A stretch of DNA of 64,000 nucleotides, from assembly GCA_013265495.1 (NCBI GenBank), contig MU058418.1, positions 806,001-870,000 on the forward strand, written 5' to 3'. The stretch is from Vicugna vicugna. Its lineage: Eukaryota. The position numbers and the translations under genes were made by a program. Positions 38,701 through 52,310 of the stretch are shown piece after piece. The number at the start of each line of letters is the position of its first letter. Positions within the stretch are counted from its first letter, which is position 1. Under the pieces are notes generated by a model. The model was not told the DNA's origin and searched no databases. It worked only from the letters and a program-made list of their open reading frames with translations.

Positions 38701-39294
38701 CCCTCCATTCCCTAGCTTTCTAAGGCACTTAGGACCCAGTGAAATCCCGGTCTTACACCTGCAGAGAATGTGAAGGGAGATGTGAGTTGGAAAGACATTA
38801 AAATGTATTATTCTCAACTCTGAAAGCATGAAAACAATGTTGAAAGAGGAATTGAAGGCTGTGGTTTTCTTTAGTGTTGGGAGAAGTTTTGTATTTTGGC
38901 TCCTTTTCATGAGTATGTTGGACTTGTCAATATTGTTGTTATTCTATCCTACTTTTGTGATTCCAAAGCTGAGAATTTATTGTACTAAAGCCAGCTGTCA
39001 ACAATGTATCAACAAACGTAGGTTATTTCTTTATGAATTAATTTCATGGATTACCAATATATTTAAATTGCTTATTGAAAAAATGATTGAAATTTCACAG
39101 TAAGCCACAAAATAGCACTTAATGAAATTTCTCAATCAGATTGAAATATAATTTGGAAGAGTGACCATAAATAAACAGAAGAGATCACAATGGGCAATTT
39201 CAAAGGTATATATTTGAGTAAGAAGAAAAAATTCTCACTTGAGATTAAAACTTTAGGAAAAAATATAACTCCTCTTGTTGAAAAGAAAATAAGT

Positions 39295-39590
39295 GTGGGT
39301 CCTGAAGCTTATAAAATTGGAGGACTCTAATAAAGAAAAAGAATATAAAATTATGATTATAAAATTAGATACAAAAGTTCATATTTAATATGGACTTTGT
39401 TTATAATGATGTGTCAAGGTAGGTTCATCAGTTGTAACAAATGTACCACTCTAATGAGGATGTTGAAAATGGAGGAGGCTCTGCATAAGGGAGCAGGGTC
39501 AGGGAATATATAAGAAATCTCTATACTTTCCACTTCATTTTGCTGTGAACCTAAATCTGCTCTAAAAAAATTAGTCTACTAAAAATAGCT
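39295..39590 (+). mobile_element. MER53-like hAT fragment followed by an L1 3' fragment
   Basis: GTGGGTCCTGAAGCTTATAAAATTGG..AAGAAAAAGAATATAAAATTA; then TGTAACAAATGTACCACTCT..GAACCTAAATCTGCTCTAAAAA. Confidence 0.55.
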
Positions 39591-40849
39591 AACGTTATAA
39601 TAGTTATAATTGATATAGGTATGGGTTCTACAAACAGAAAGATTCTGATAAATTATATTTTACATGATTTCCATTAAGAAAAATAAAGCACATTTATCAT
39701 TGTATAAACTGCATATTGAGTATATTTCTACTAAGAGAGATACTTCCTTTTTGACAAGGCTCAATGACAACTAAATCCTCTGCTTACAATTTTAAGATTT
39801 CATGAGTAGGAGAGTTTTCCACAGAGTAGTTTCTGACTCTGTACATTTCAAACAATATTTATCCTCCATTACCTATATACTTCAGGTGCCAGGCCTACTG
39901 GAGTATATTCATATTTGTGAATTAAGATGTATCACTTTTCATGTTGCAATGCTGGGTAAGTTTGCCCCCAGGGACTGAGGTGGAAGGAGTATTCCTGGAA
40001 GTGGTAACAACTATACACAGAAGTAACAGTAAACTACATAAAAAGATCACCCTAACTCCAAAATGAATGTACCCCCTTACCTCCAAATATACAGGTTACT
40101 ATAAGGAAGAAATTCATTCATTCAACAGTTAACAATCACTGAGATCACATATAATATCAACCAGTGTGGGGAGCACAAGAATATTTAAGACAGGGTCTCT
40201 GACCTCCGGAGACTCGCCTATGATCTAATGCAGAGGACATACTTTCACAATAAGTAACAAAAACCCAAGGAAGGAATTGATAAATGCTATAAGATATATA
40301 CAGATAAAGTCATTTCCAAATTCATAGGAAAGGATCCTTTCTTTTGGCAGGGAGAATTAGAAGGCTTCAAGGAAGAGGTGGCAGTTGAGCTAGGCCTTGA
40401 AACTTAAAAAGTGAAGGAAAAAAATCCAAGTGGAGGTAACTCAGAGAACATTTGGAAAGTCAAATGAAGTCTAGTCTGGTTGTGAATGGGAATCACAGAG
40501 GTGGAAAAATAAAGTCCAGCTTCCAGGTTACAAGCAACATGTTAGTAACACTGCAGTTTAAATGAGCTTTGTTAAAGGAGTACATAGGTGGGAGACATTG
40601 CAATCTCCTTTGGATGCCTTTACAAAAGAGGAGAAAAAAAAGAAATTGTTTTAACTAGTGTGGTTTAAGTACAGTCCTGCAGAAAACAAGAGGGTGGACT
40701 AGGTCACCATTTCTATTATTTTCTTCTTTCTCCTTTACCCAGAATAGTTTCTACTCTTTGGTATCAATCAAATCTTCTTAAGATCTAATACAAAAGTTAT
40801 GTCCCTAAAAAGACTTATTTGACGTACTTATTTGACCTCACTCTGCGGG

Positions 40850-41725
40850 CCCTTGTATGTCATGTCACATCCTGTTCCCTCTCTACTTCCAGTCCTGTTT
40901 TCCCACCTCTGGCCTGCTTCACATCTGTTCTCACAGCAGCGAGGGATATTTTCTTCCTTTAGCTTTCTATTTTGAAATCATTATAGATTCACAAGAAGTT
41001 GCAAAAATAGTACAGAGAAGACCTATGTACCCTTCAGTCGGTCTCCTCCAATAATAACATCTTATATAACTATAGTACAATATCAAAAACAGAAAATTGA
41101 CATTAATACAATTTATAGATCTTATTCAGATTTCACCAGTTTTACATACACACTCATGTGTGTGTGTGTATGTGTGTGATCCTTCTAAAGCCTGTAAGAT
41201 CATGTAACTTTATTCAAAATTCTCTGAAGTCTTCCTGTCTCACTCAGAGTAAAAGCCTAGGGTTTGGGTCTACAAGGTTATAAGTCATCTGCCAGACCCC
41301 CTACCCCTCTGAGGCCATTGCGACCACTGCTGCCTCTGCACTTCACTACAGCCACACTGGCCTCCTTGTTGTTCTCCAGGCCTTTGCACATAGTGAGTCC
41401 CTCTGCCTGGAATATTCTTCCTCCAGCTCTCCCTGTGGTCCCCTTCCTCTCTTCACTCAGGTCTCTGCTCAACTACTGAGCCTTCAAATAAGCCTTTCCT
41501 GATCGCTTTCATTTTCTATCTCCCCACTTGCTTTTATTTTCCTTCAGACCATTTATCACTGGGTGATATATTTTATATTAATTTGCCTATTTATTGAATT
41601 TCTTCCCTCACTAGGATGTAAATTCCACAAAATTAGAGTCTTATTTTGTTTACTGTAGTATCCCAGGTGCCTGGAATAGTATCTGGCATATGGAAAGTGC
41701 ACACTATTTGTTAAGTCAATGAATG
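40850..41725 (+). mobile_element. L2 fragment with nested reverse L1MC-like piece (about 40960-41180)
   Basis: CCTCTGCCTGGAATATTCTTCC..TATCTGGCATAT..GAATG L2 end; TTTTGAAATCATTATAGATTCACAAGAAGTTGCAAAAATAGTACAGAG. Confidence 0.7.
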
Positions 41726-41794
41726 TTCGATTTACACTATCAAATTGAACTTTTTGATGTATCATTTTATAATTGTTTTTAAATCTGTTACATT

Positions 41795-42225
41795 CTATGT
41801 GTTCCAGCCCCTTACCACAGGTGCTAGGTAAATTCATGCTAATCTCAGAAACAGGGTTTTCTGCTTAAACTTGAGCAAAAGCCTGACAAAAATCTCCCAT
41901 TTAAAACAAGTTTCACTGATTCTCTTTCCTCTTTTCTTCCTTCCCAATTTTTCGCCCCATTTCCAAATCAATATCAACCAGCCAAATGCCTTAACCAATC
42001 ACACAGGATTCTCCACTCCTTGTTAGGCGGCCTCTAGATTCTCCACGCCAACGATATAATCAGAGCACACCTGAAGCCTTCCCTTTTTTCACTCTAAAGT
42101 TTCCCCACTCCCCTGCCTACATTTGAATCTCTGCCAAACCCAAGTGATAGCAGAATCTCTCACTATAGCAAGCTCTGAATAAACAATCTTTGTTCTTATT
42201 TGAATGAACTTCATTTATTTCCACA
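41795..42225 (+). mobile_element. ERV1 LTR (MER34/MER39-like)
   Basis: CCAAT boxes, AATCAGAGCACACCTGAAGCC, GCAAGCTCTGAATAAAC poly(A) signal, ends TTTCCACA. Confidence 0.6.
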
Positions 42226-42933
42226 TTAGGTAAATACTAAATGAATTGCTTTTAACAGTTGTTAGATATACATAGTATTACACACATACGTCTAGCATAG
42301 ATGTCTTAATGATTTGCCAAGTGCCCACATCTCCTCTCACTAAAACCCAGACCCTCTGGGAGAAAAAAACAACCAACCAGCCTAAGAAATCAGATTCACT
42401 GCTTGGATCTGAGACAGGACCACAAAAATAAAAAGCCTTTTTAGAACTTAACTTTAGAACTCTCTTCCTTAGCTGAGATTACTGATTTGATCCTTATTTT
42501 TAGCCCTTCTGTATGCCTATTTACATGTCATTCACCACTCAGATGAATGAGAACTGTCAAACTTTGTGCCATATACAGCTGTACTTTTAAAACTGTTTCT
42601 GACCATTCTTTGAAGCTAGAAATATATTTTATGTTATGGCTCAGTACAAATGTCATAGAAGAGTACTTAACCTTCACTATGTGCAATGTGTTGTGATATT
42701 TTTCTATCTTACACTAGACATTTATTCCTATTAAATACAAATAAATTATACTTGTTTACATATAAAATGCTTTATTAAAGAAACACTGAATTACAATCTG
42801 GAAGCTTTCTGAAGATGAATAGGGATGCTTTATCATAGAATACATATAAGGTCCTCTTTGAAGGAAAGTGTGTTCTTGAACATTCTTTGTATTACCAGGT
42901 GGAGAGCTTCTCATTTAAAGAACTCCTTTGGTG

Positions 42934-44418
42934 CAATAGTTCTCAAACTTTAGTTGCAGGAGAATCACCTGGAAGGCTTGTTAAAATGCAGATTGCTGGG
43001 CCGCACCCCCAGAGTTTCTGATTCAGGCAGAAAAGGGCAGCCTGAAATTTTGCATTTCTCACTAGTGTCCAGATGATTCTGATGCTGCTGGTCTGGAAAC
43101 CATACTGCTCTAGTGAATCATTTTTATAAATCAAATCATCCTTTTGGGCATTGAGTAACCACTTCCTAATTTATCTGTTTGTCCTATGTCATGTTTACTG
43201 AAGTAAAGTACATTGTACGGGTTGGATGTATGTGTGTATGTAATTTGTGTCTGAGCAGGAAGTGAAAAGCCAGGAATTAAGGGAGACAGTCTGCTTCCTG
43301 GTTCCTTGCTCCAGCGCCCTGGTGCTCCTTTTCAGAGTTATTTAACCACTCATTCTTTTATTTAAAAAGTGTTTGAGACCCTGTGCCAAGATCTGCACTA
43401 GTCTCTAGATTACAATCAGCTTGAGCATTTTATAAGAAAACATTTCCCTTCAGAAAGCTATACAATGATGCTGCGACCATTTTTCTGTGCTTTTAAAACC
43501 ATTTAGTTCCTGATGGGTGGGGATCAGATTCTCTTCCAGAAATAGGAAGATGACAAAAGCAGGCAACTGTTACAGGTTTTAGAGCTCATATTCCACTGGT
43601 CTTTGAAAGCAATATTCTCCAAACCTCCTTTCTGAGGATGAGCAGAGCACCCAGGTGCTAATTAAAATGACAGCTCCCAGGTCCTTGGTGATCCTGATGC
43701 AGTGAGCTGGGGGTGTGGCCTGGTTGTTGTGTTCTTATCAATTACTCCAGGTGAGTCTTAAAATTGAAGACATGTAGGAGACTGTTTTAAAACTACCCTT
43801 GAATCCAATATAGATCCCAGAATTCTATCAGCTGAAAAAAGAAGATATTCACAATAGCTCAGTGGTCCTCAAACTTCGCTGCATATAAGAATCACTTGGG
43901 GAATTTCCAATGCCTGGATCATTCCCTGTACCAATTATATCAGAGTTTTCCTCCCCATCTCCCACTGTGAGTCCAATTGGCAGCGAGATTTTAGAACCAG
44001 TACACTCATTTATTTAAGTCCCTCCTCACAGGGAAGCACACAGTCTCTTCCTATTGTAGTTGCCTTCCATTACTATGAAAAACTACCACTATTTAAATGT
44101 TGGGGGCTCACATTTTGGGGCAGATGAGATCTCATCAGGTAATCTTGAGGGCTCTTGTTCTGCAGAAGCCAGCAGCCTCTCTGCTTTTGAAAGCTCTGGA
44201 CTAGATCAGTTACCAAGCTTTGGAGTAGTTTTAGTTTCAAACCTTAGACTAGTGCCTCCCAGACTTCAATGTACATATGAATCCCCTGAGGAATCTTAAT
44301 AAAATGAAGGTTCTAAATCAGTAAGTGTAGGGTGTGATCTTTGAGCCTAGATTTCTAACAAGTTCCAGGTAATGCTTATGCTACTGGACCACAAATTACA
44401 GCTTTGAGTAACAAAGCT
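42934..44418. mobile_element. Cluster of four MER5-family hAT-Charlie elements (about 42934-43111, 43610-43784, 43860-44000, 44250-44418)
   Basis: Each has CAGTGGTTCTCAAAC-like termini and AGAATCACCTGG/AAAATGCAGATT-like cores. Confidence 0.75.
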
Positions 44419-45490
44419 GTAGTTTGTCCCCCAAATCTAATGTTAATAGATGAAAGCAGCAAGAGTATATAGCTGTGGCAAATAGGCTAAGATAGAAGGA
44501 ACGGGTGACGGTGACTCTCATGTAGTCAGGACACGATAAGCCTAGTGAACATCAGAAAAGACAATATTTGAGGAAACACAGGTGGAAAGAACTGTAGACC
44601 AAATCTGATGAGATAGATTTGAAATCATCAAGTTCAACTAAAGAGTGTGTCCAATACTGAAAAGTATGGCTAGAGTGTAGATAGAGAAAAGCAGGGTAGC
44701 ATAGAAGGTAAGAGCTTGGGCTTCCAAATCAGCTTAAAATTTAAATCCTGGCTCTGCTAATTACTACATATGTGGCCTTAGGAAAATGGTTTAATTCATC
44801 TGTGAGATAAGGAGAAATTTTTGCTGTGTGTTTAGTAAATGAAAAGTGCCCAGCCCCAGGCCTGGCAACAGTAAGTCTTCAATAAATGATTGCTACTACT
44901 GTACAGATGCAGCCCAAGTGTGTAGGGCTTCACCAGATTTATATCTATTCATCCAATCTGAATGGCTCACCATCACTACTTGGCAGGCTGCAAGAAATGC
45001 AGCCTCATGCAAAAGCTGTGCAAATAACCAGGAACCTCTCCTGTGTGCATATTTTGGACTTGCTCATTTCTCTCTGCCATGGCTAATTAGGTTACAGCCC
45101 TGTAGGCTCAGACTGCAACAGAACCCAGAGAGACTTTTGCCCAAACCCTCACCACCACTGTTGTCACTGCCTAAATGCTAGAGCCTTTGCATCTGATTGT
45201 TAAAATTCATGCCATTGCCTTTGCAAAAACAATATCACCTGGTATTATGTTGTTTGTCTAGGATATGGTGATGACAACAGAGTGTTCTCCAAAGTTGGGG
45301 TGGGGATAGAGGAGCCAGCGGAGAGGTCCACAGAAGATTCTTGAGCGCCAAAGGTTCACAGCCCCTTCAATTCACACACAGGCATTTTCTCCCTATAGCA
45401 CATGAATCACCTTGAAGAGTGATTTTTCAACCTCACCCCTGTAGTCACCTTGACACTCATCTTTCTCCTAGAAACTGCACTCTGATTATC

Positions 45491-45958
45491 TTTTTTTAAA
45501 AATTGAGGTATAGTTGATTTACGTTTCAGGTGTACAGCAAACTGATTCAATTATATATATATATACTTTTTAAGATTCTTTTCCATTATAGGTTATTATA
45601 AGGTATTGAATATAGTTCCCTATGCTATACAGTAGGTCCTTGTTTTTTTGTTTTATATATAGTAGTGTACATCTGTTAATCCCACATTCCAGATTGATCA
45701 CTCCCCAACTGCCTTTCTCCTTTGGTAACCATAAGTTTGTTTTCTATGTCTGTGAGTCTGTTTATATTTTGTAAGTACATTAATCTGTAGCAGTTTATTA
45801 GATTCCACATGTAAGTGATATCATATGATATTTGTCTTTCTTTGTCTGACTTACTTCATTTAGTATGATAATCTCTAGGTCCATCCATGTTGCTGCAAAT
45901 GGCATTATTTCATTCTTTTTATGGCTGGGTAGTATTCCATTATAAATATTTATATATA

Positions 45959-45989
<31 letters not shown>

Positions 45990-46152
45990 CCACCACTTCT
46001 TTATTCCTTCTTCTGTCCATGAACATTTAGGTTGCTTTCATGACTTGGCTATTGTAAATAGTGCTGCTATGAACATTGGGGTGTATGTATATTTTTAAGT
46101 TAAAATATTTTCTGGATATATGCCCAGGAGTGGGATTGCTGGATCCTGTGGT
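45491..46152 (-). mobile_element. L1 3' end (artiodactyl-type), reverse
   Basis: Reverse L1 3'UTR (TTGAATATAGTTCCCTATGCTATACAG, GTCCATCCATGTTGCTGCAAATGGC); internal (TA)n. Confidence 0.92.
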
Positions 46153-46959
46153 TGACTATGTCTTAAGAGCTAATGATCTGGTTTCATTTCAATAAGGGAT
46201 GAATGTCTTTTCTTTATGTTAACTAAGAGGAATCTGAAGCATGGATGTCTTCTCCCTGATTCCTAGAGTGTGTATGTGAGGATGTGTCAGTGTCTGGAGA
46301 GTCAGGGAATAGGAAAAAGATGGGGAGGAGAAGAAAGACACCTGTGGAGTGAGTGGAATTGAAAATATAGAAGGGATAATTCAAAGATCTATTTATGAAC
46401 ACTAAACTGTTTTTAACTCTAATAATTAATGTAATTATAAATACACTTATCAAGAAAAATACTTAGCAGAATTTATCATCCTAAGAGGTAAAAGTGCAAA
46501 ACTTTAAAAATGTGGGTACTAGTTCTGAATATGCTCTTACTAACTTTGTGACCTTGGGCAAGTCTCTTTACTTTGCACTTCATAGTGACAGGTGTTTGCT
46601 TTTGCCTACAGAATGATACAATATTACGTACCTTATCTCTTTCACAGGGATAACATGGAGGTCAAATCAGATTACATTAAAGTAGTTATAATTACTTTCA
46701 TTTGCATAGTACTTCATTATCCACAAAGCACTTCTGCATATATTATTCTATTTGCATGAAAAAGCTTTGAAACGTGATAAAGCGTTTTGAAAGGACAATA
46801 CCTGAGTTTGAATACCAGCTCCATCTCTCTCTACTTCAATTTTCTCATCAGTAAAATGGGGATAATAAGAGTATCTACCTCATAGGTTGTTGAGAGGATT
46901 AAAACTGTATCATCCAAAAAAGGAACCTTGTACCAGTAGCAGTTACCCCTCATTGGATT

Positions 46960-47310
46960 TTTAATTTTAGCCATTCTAGTGGGCATGAAGTGATATCTAA
47001 TTGTGGTTTTGATTTGCACGTCCCCAGTAGACTAGTGGTTTCAATCATTGTCATATGCTTATAGGCCATTTGTATGTTCTCTTTAGAGACATGTCTATTC
47101 AAATCTTTTGCCCTATTTAAAATGGGATTATTTTGTCTTTCTATTGATAAGTTGTTAAAGTTCTTTATATACTCTGGTACAACTCCCATATTAGATATAC
47201 AACTTCACAAATAGTTTCTCCCATTCTGTGGGTTGTCTTTTTACTTTTTTGCTAGTATCCTTTGAAACACAAATGTTTATAACTTTGATGAAGCCTGGTT
47301 TATCTATTTT
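46960..47310 (-). mobile_element. L1 ORF2 fragment, reverse, inserted in a MIR
   Basis: TTTTAGCCATTCTAGTGGGCATGAAGTGATATCT..TTCTCCCATTCTGTGGGTTGTC. Confidence 0.85.
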
Positions 47311-48330
47311 GAATTCACTTTTGAAATTTCTTCTCTTTAAGACCAGATATGATTAATCTTTATCCTATTGTCCCAAGAGCTGGCAAGTCATTCTTGCTAG
47401 GATCTGCTGGGATATAGTAAGAATGACTATAGACTATATTCCAGAAACTGCCAGGATGTAGTCAGTATGCCAATATCCATATGACTATCCCAGGAGCTGC
47501 TAGAATATGTTCTGTGCCGTGGCATGTGCTGCTTCGTTACTTGGAATTCCATCTCTGCCTCCATCTTCTCTGCCTAGCCAGGTCCTCATTGCCCTTGAAG
47601 ACTAAGCTCAGACATTTTCTCCTCCTCTTTGTGGATCCTCAGGTCTGCCCCCAGCAGAGGGAGCCAAGCCCCATTCCTCACCACAGATGGTATGCAGCTC
47701 TGTCTTCGCTCATGGAAGTCATCAAAGGCAAGAATTTTGTTTTTTTCTTCATTATTTGGGAGTGGAGTCTAAACAGGTCTGCATTTGAATTTCAGCCCCT
47801 TGATTAGCTGTACAAACTCGGACAATATAATATTTCTGATCCTTGGTCAGAAAATAATTAGAAAATAATTTCTAAGCACAGGGTCATTGTAAGATTAGAG
47901 ATATAGTAATAAAGTTAAATTATTTAGCTTAGTGGATTCTTAATAAATCCCAGCTATCGTTTCTAGTATTATCATTTTTATTTTTTAATGTGGGAGCTTT
48001 CTAACAGTATCGAGCACATGTTAAGTTCTCAAGAAATGTTAGTGTTCTTATTTTCTAATTCCGACTCCAATAATGGATGTCTGGTGGCAAAGAGAACCAC
48101 TACAGGCCTGTCATATCTCCTGTGTGGGCACCTCAACTACATTTCTTTAAAAGTTTCCAGAGAGCTGTTTACTGAGCCGTACCATCTTTGAGCATCTGAT
48201 GAAAACAATGAACCATAGTACCAGAAAATGCACATTACCCAATAGATTTTTTTGGGGGGTGGGATTTCTGAAGACCTGAAGTTCATCATGGGTCCAGGGA
48301 CTAAAGGTTAAGTAGTTTTTAAAAATAAGT

Positions 48331-48455
48331 TTTTTTTTTTTTTTGGTGGAGGAGGTAGTCAGGCTTATTTATTTATTTAATGGAGGTTCTGGGGATTGAA
48401 CCCAGGACCTCATGCATGCTAGACATGCACTCTATCACTGAGCTATACCCTCCCC
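48331..48455 (-). mobile_element. tRNA-Ala-derived SINE
   Basis: Reverse tRNA-Ala head, T-tail, TSD AAAAATAAGT at 48321-48330 and 48456-48465. Confidence 0.9.
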
Positions 48456-48515
48456 AAAAATAAGTACTTATGCCGAGTGCTACACACTTATTCCTCTTAA
48501 AAATGAGCAACTCTT

Positions 48516-48663
48516 GTTGAGGAGGGTATAGCTCAAATGGTAGAGCACATGCTTAGCATGCACGAGGTCCTGGGTTCAATCCTCCAGCACTTCCATTAAA
48601 AAAAAAACTAATAATAAATAAATAAATAGACCTAATGACCTCTGCCCCCCAAAATAAACAAAA
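48516..48663 (+). mobile_element. tRNA-Ala-derived SINE
   Basis: GGGTATAGCTCAAATGGTAGAGCACATGCTTAGCATGCACGAGGTCCTGGGTTCAATCC; perfect 18-bp TSD TAAAAATGAGCAACTCTT at 48498-48515 and 48664-48681. Confidence 0.92.
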
Positions 48664-48681
48664 TAAAAATGAGCAACTCTT

Positions 48682-49403
48682 ACCATACCATCCAGCAATC
48701 ACACTCCTTGCTATTTACCCAAATAAGTTGAAAACTTATATCTACACAAAAACCTGAACACTAATGTTTAGAGAGCTTTATTCATAACTGTCAAAACTTG
48801 GAAGCAACCAAGATGTCCTTCAGTAGGTGAAGGGATAAACAAACTGTGACACATCCACACAAGGGAATATTTATCCAATGCCAAAAAGAAATAATCTAGC
48901 AAGCCTTGGAAAGACAAGGAGGAAACTCAAATGCATATTACTAAGTGAAAGGAGCCAATGTGGAAAGACTACAAACTGTGTGAATCCAACTAAATGACAT
49001 CCTGGAAAAGGCAAAACTATGGAGACAGTAGAAAGATCAGTAGTTGCCAGGGGTTAGGGATTGATGAACAGATGGAACACAAAGGATCTTTAGGACCATA
49101 AAACTATTCTGTATGATAGTATAATGGTGGATCCATGTCATTTATACATTTATTAAAATCCATAGACTGTACAACACAAAGAGTGAACCTTAATGTAAAC
49201 TGTTTATCTCTTCGGGTGATAAAGATGTCTCTATATACGTTCATTGATTGTAACAAATGTACCACTGTGAGGCCAAATGTTGGTAGTAGGGGACACTGTG
49301 CATGTGGGTGGGCAGGGAGTCTATGGGAACTCTCTGTATTCTCCACTCAATTTTGCTATGAACCTAAAACTGTTCTAAACAATAAAGTCTGTTTTTTTTT
49401 TTT
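48682..49403 (+). mobile_element. Old L1 (L1MC/MD-like) 3' end
   Basis: CCAGCAATCACACTCCTTG, GAAGCAACCAAGATGTCCTTCAGTAGGTGAA, GAACCTAAAACTGTTCTAAACAATAAAG. Confidence 0.88.
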
Positions 49404-49646
49404 AAATAAGCAACTGTCCCTGCAGAGCAATGCCTAATAGTTGTGGAACCATGTTTCCAAGGGGAAAAACAACAAAAGGTTTATTTCTGAGTGGCACATT
49501 CTCTGGAACTTTGGCATGACTCTCTGGTATTACTGTGGGCATTAAAAATGTCGTTCTCTTTGGGGTTTCAAAAACTACTTAAATCAAACAATAACCAGGT
49601 TGTTGCAATCTTCCTGGAAATTTTTCTTTTCTAGTATGGAGGACCA

Positions 49647-49659
49647 CCAGCAGATGGCA
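49647..49659 (+). promoter_or_regulatory. Candidate CTCF site
   Basis: CCAGCAGATGGCA matches the core consensus CCASYAGRKGGCR in non-repeat sequence. Confidence 0.6.
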
Positions 49660-52310
49660 ATCAGAGAATACAAAAGCCAAGTTTATCCATTTCAAGAAGA
49701 CTTTTGAAAAATAGGTTGAAAAATAAGATGATATATTTCAGGTAAGCAGACCACTGCATTCTACCTTATATATACCAGTTCTTCAAAAAGCCACCATTTC
49801 TTATGCTCCAAACAAGTCATCTTCTACCAGGAACTGAAGTCAATGTCTCACCTCAAAAGAGACACCAGGGACAAATTTTTAGACTTTTTAGTTAATCAAA
49901 CAGGAACTCTATGTGAAAATGAATTAGAAGAGTTTGTTGTTTTTATTTAAGTATTTCCTTTGCAAGGTTTTCTGCTTACATCGTGACCCAGGGTAAATGT
50001 TCTTTGGTATGTAAAAAAGAACATTTGTGTAAATCATTTCACAAAGATAGAAAATATACAGCTGTAGTAGAATAGAGCTACCAAATCACCAGAGGAAAGG
50101 AATTTGCTCAAAATAATCCATTGTGTGTGCACGGGAATGGGGGCAAGGAGGAATTGGTGTGGGTGTTCTTACCAAACTTAGGATTTTACAACTGATCTTA
50201 CAAAAATAGGAATTTCTTCCTTTCTCCTTTTTGCTGTTTGCTTCTGGAGATGTACCAGTGAGCAGATTCTCAATTAAATCAAACATTCTCAATAATGTGC
50301 CTATAAAGCATGGAAGACTTTGTCCTTGTTGGTAAATTCTGCTATTTATGCTTTCCATTTGCTAAAATCACTGAGTCCACAGAGAGAGTTGCAGTATAGT
50401 AGAGCCTACAGAATATGAATATTGCTAATTTATTGAGACAAAGAAAATTTCAGTTTATGATTTACAGTTCAGGCATATCTATTTGCATAACAAAACCCCT
50501 TTATACATGCATGTGGATCATGGTAGAACATGATTAATCTGTTTTGTTTAATGACAATATCTTTATGAAAAAATCTTCACAAAGCACTTGAAAAAAAAAT
50601 AGACCTGGAGAGTTTGGGCAATATTCAGTGTTTAAGAGAAGCAATGAACAGTAAATAATATTTTTTGGACTCCTAAGTATTAGGCAATATTATCTCAACA
50701 GATAAATTATTTAGCCTCATATTTACAGACGAGGGAACTAAGGTTCAAAGAGATTCTTAATTTGCCATATTACACAACTCAGCTAGTAAGTAGCTGAGCT
50801 GGCATTTGAAGCCAGGCTTGTTTAGGTAAATGTAAACACTTAATTGTTGAGCTTATTCTAACAGGTGGTGTTAAACATTTGAAACCTCCTAACCAATTCA
50901 GAAATTTAACAAAATCAACTGGGTAAATTGTTAAAGATTCAGAGTCCCAGGTCATTCCTATAGAAAGTCAAAGATTGCAGGTGGGGCCCAGAAATTTGAG
51001 TGCTTACCATGCTCCCTGCCAGTGGTTCTGCTGGAGGTAACCTTCTGACCTCAAATACTTTAAGAAAACACAGGCCCAACTCAGTGGATCGATCTGTTAT
51101 GAGCAAATAACCTGCTGAGAACCTGATGAAAGTTCTGGACCAATTTTTTTTTCGGAAAAATTCATATTTTACACCCAAAACTTTGTGTCTATCTTTAGGG
51201 GGTTCACAGACACTCTAAAGCCATGGACACTTAGTCTCCTGCATGTCCCAGTTTAAAGTGGCCTAATAAGAAGCCTCTTCCATCTCTCCACCGAGAGATG
51301 TCACTCTTCAGCCTTAAAGAGCCTCCCAAAAGACACCAGCATTTTTCTTTTTTCCTTTCTCCCCAACTACAAAGGGAAAGTTTCCCAGGAAAATGAGTTT
51401 ACTGTTCAAAAAGGAGCCTCCCATTGTAAACAGAGCAGGCTCTGGTGTGGTGCTTCCAAAAATTAGGCTGAAACAAATGATAATCTAATCTAAAATCACA
51501 ATGAAAGCTGATCTGGAAATTAAGGTTTGATTAAAACCACAGTTCCTATGTGCACAACCAGAATGAAGGACCGTGAAACTTGTTTTCCCAAAAGCCCCTT
51601 CTCTATCTTCTTTTCAATCCCTAGATTTTCTCCTAGGTCTCCATTTTAAAGCTAGCCTTTCCACTGTTAAGTAACTAAAGACTTGACACAGCATATCAAT
51701 ATACACAAATGATACTGACACAGAGTCCTCAAAAATGTACAGTTAGGTTCTGAATTCTGTAAAATAGGAAAGGCATAAGGAGAACCTGTAGTTCTCTCTG
51801 TAGGCCTTGGGTCTAGATAAACCTATGGCTAAAAGTAAGCGGGGCACTGTTTGCAAACACCCTGATTTGTACACAAATGCCATATGTTTATTATCTTTTT
51901 CTGGGGAAAGAGTTCATGGCTTTTATGAAATTTTTAAAGGAATCTTTAACTAAAATTTTAAAAGGAATCACTTATAGAAAGAGTCTTGTCTCACAAGGGC
52001 TAGACAAGCAGACAGGGCAACAGAGCCATGTGGTGTGGGCTTGATAAGATCTTCAGACATAAAGTGGTAGACAACATTGTGCATGTTATGTATGTGTCGT
52101 GTGGACACAATGATGTCAGAGCATGTGTCCTGCTTTTAGTTTAGACTTGAGGAACTCCACTAGAATGTCCACCCCTCCAGAAACATGCCTTCTTTGGTGT
52201 GAGAACAGAAACATGTATTTTGGATCAGGAAGACTTTGATTAGTGATGATGCAGTTTATACGTAACTCTCTGACTCCTAATACACTTGTAAATCAAGGAT
52301 AATCATTTCT

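Noticed and set aside
48516..48595. tRNA-Ala(AGC) genes here and at the five similar loci
   Set aside because: All have A-rich tails, SINE-specific 3' extensions, stem mismatches and TSDs or TSD-like flanks; they are SINEs, not functional tRNA genes.
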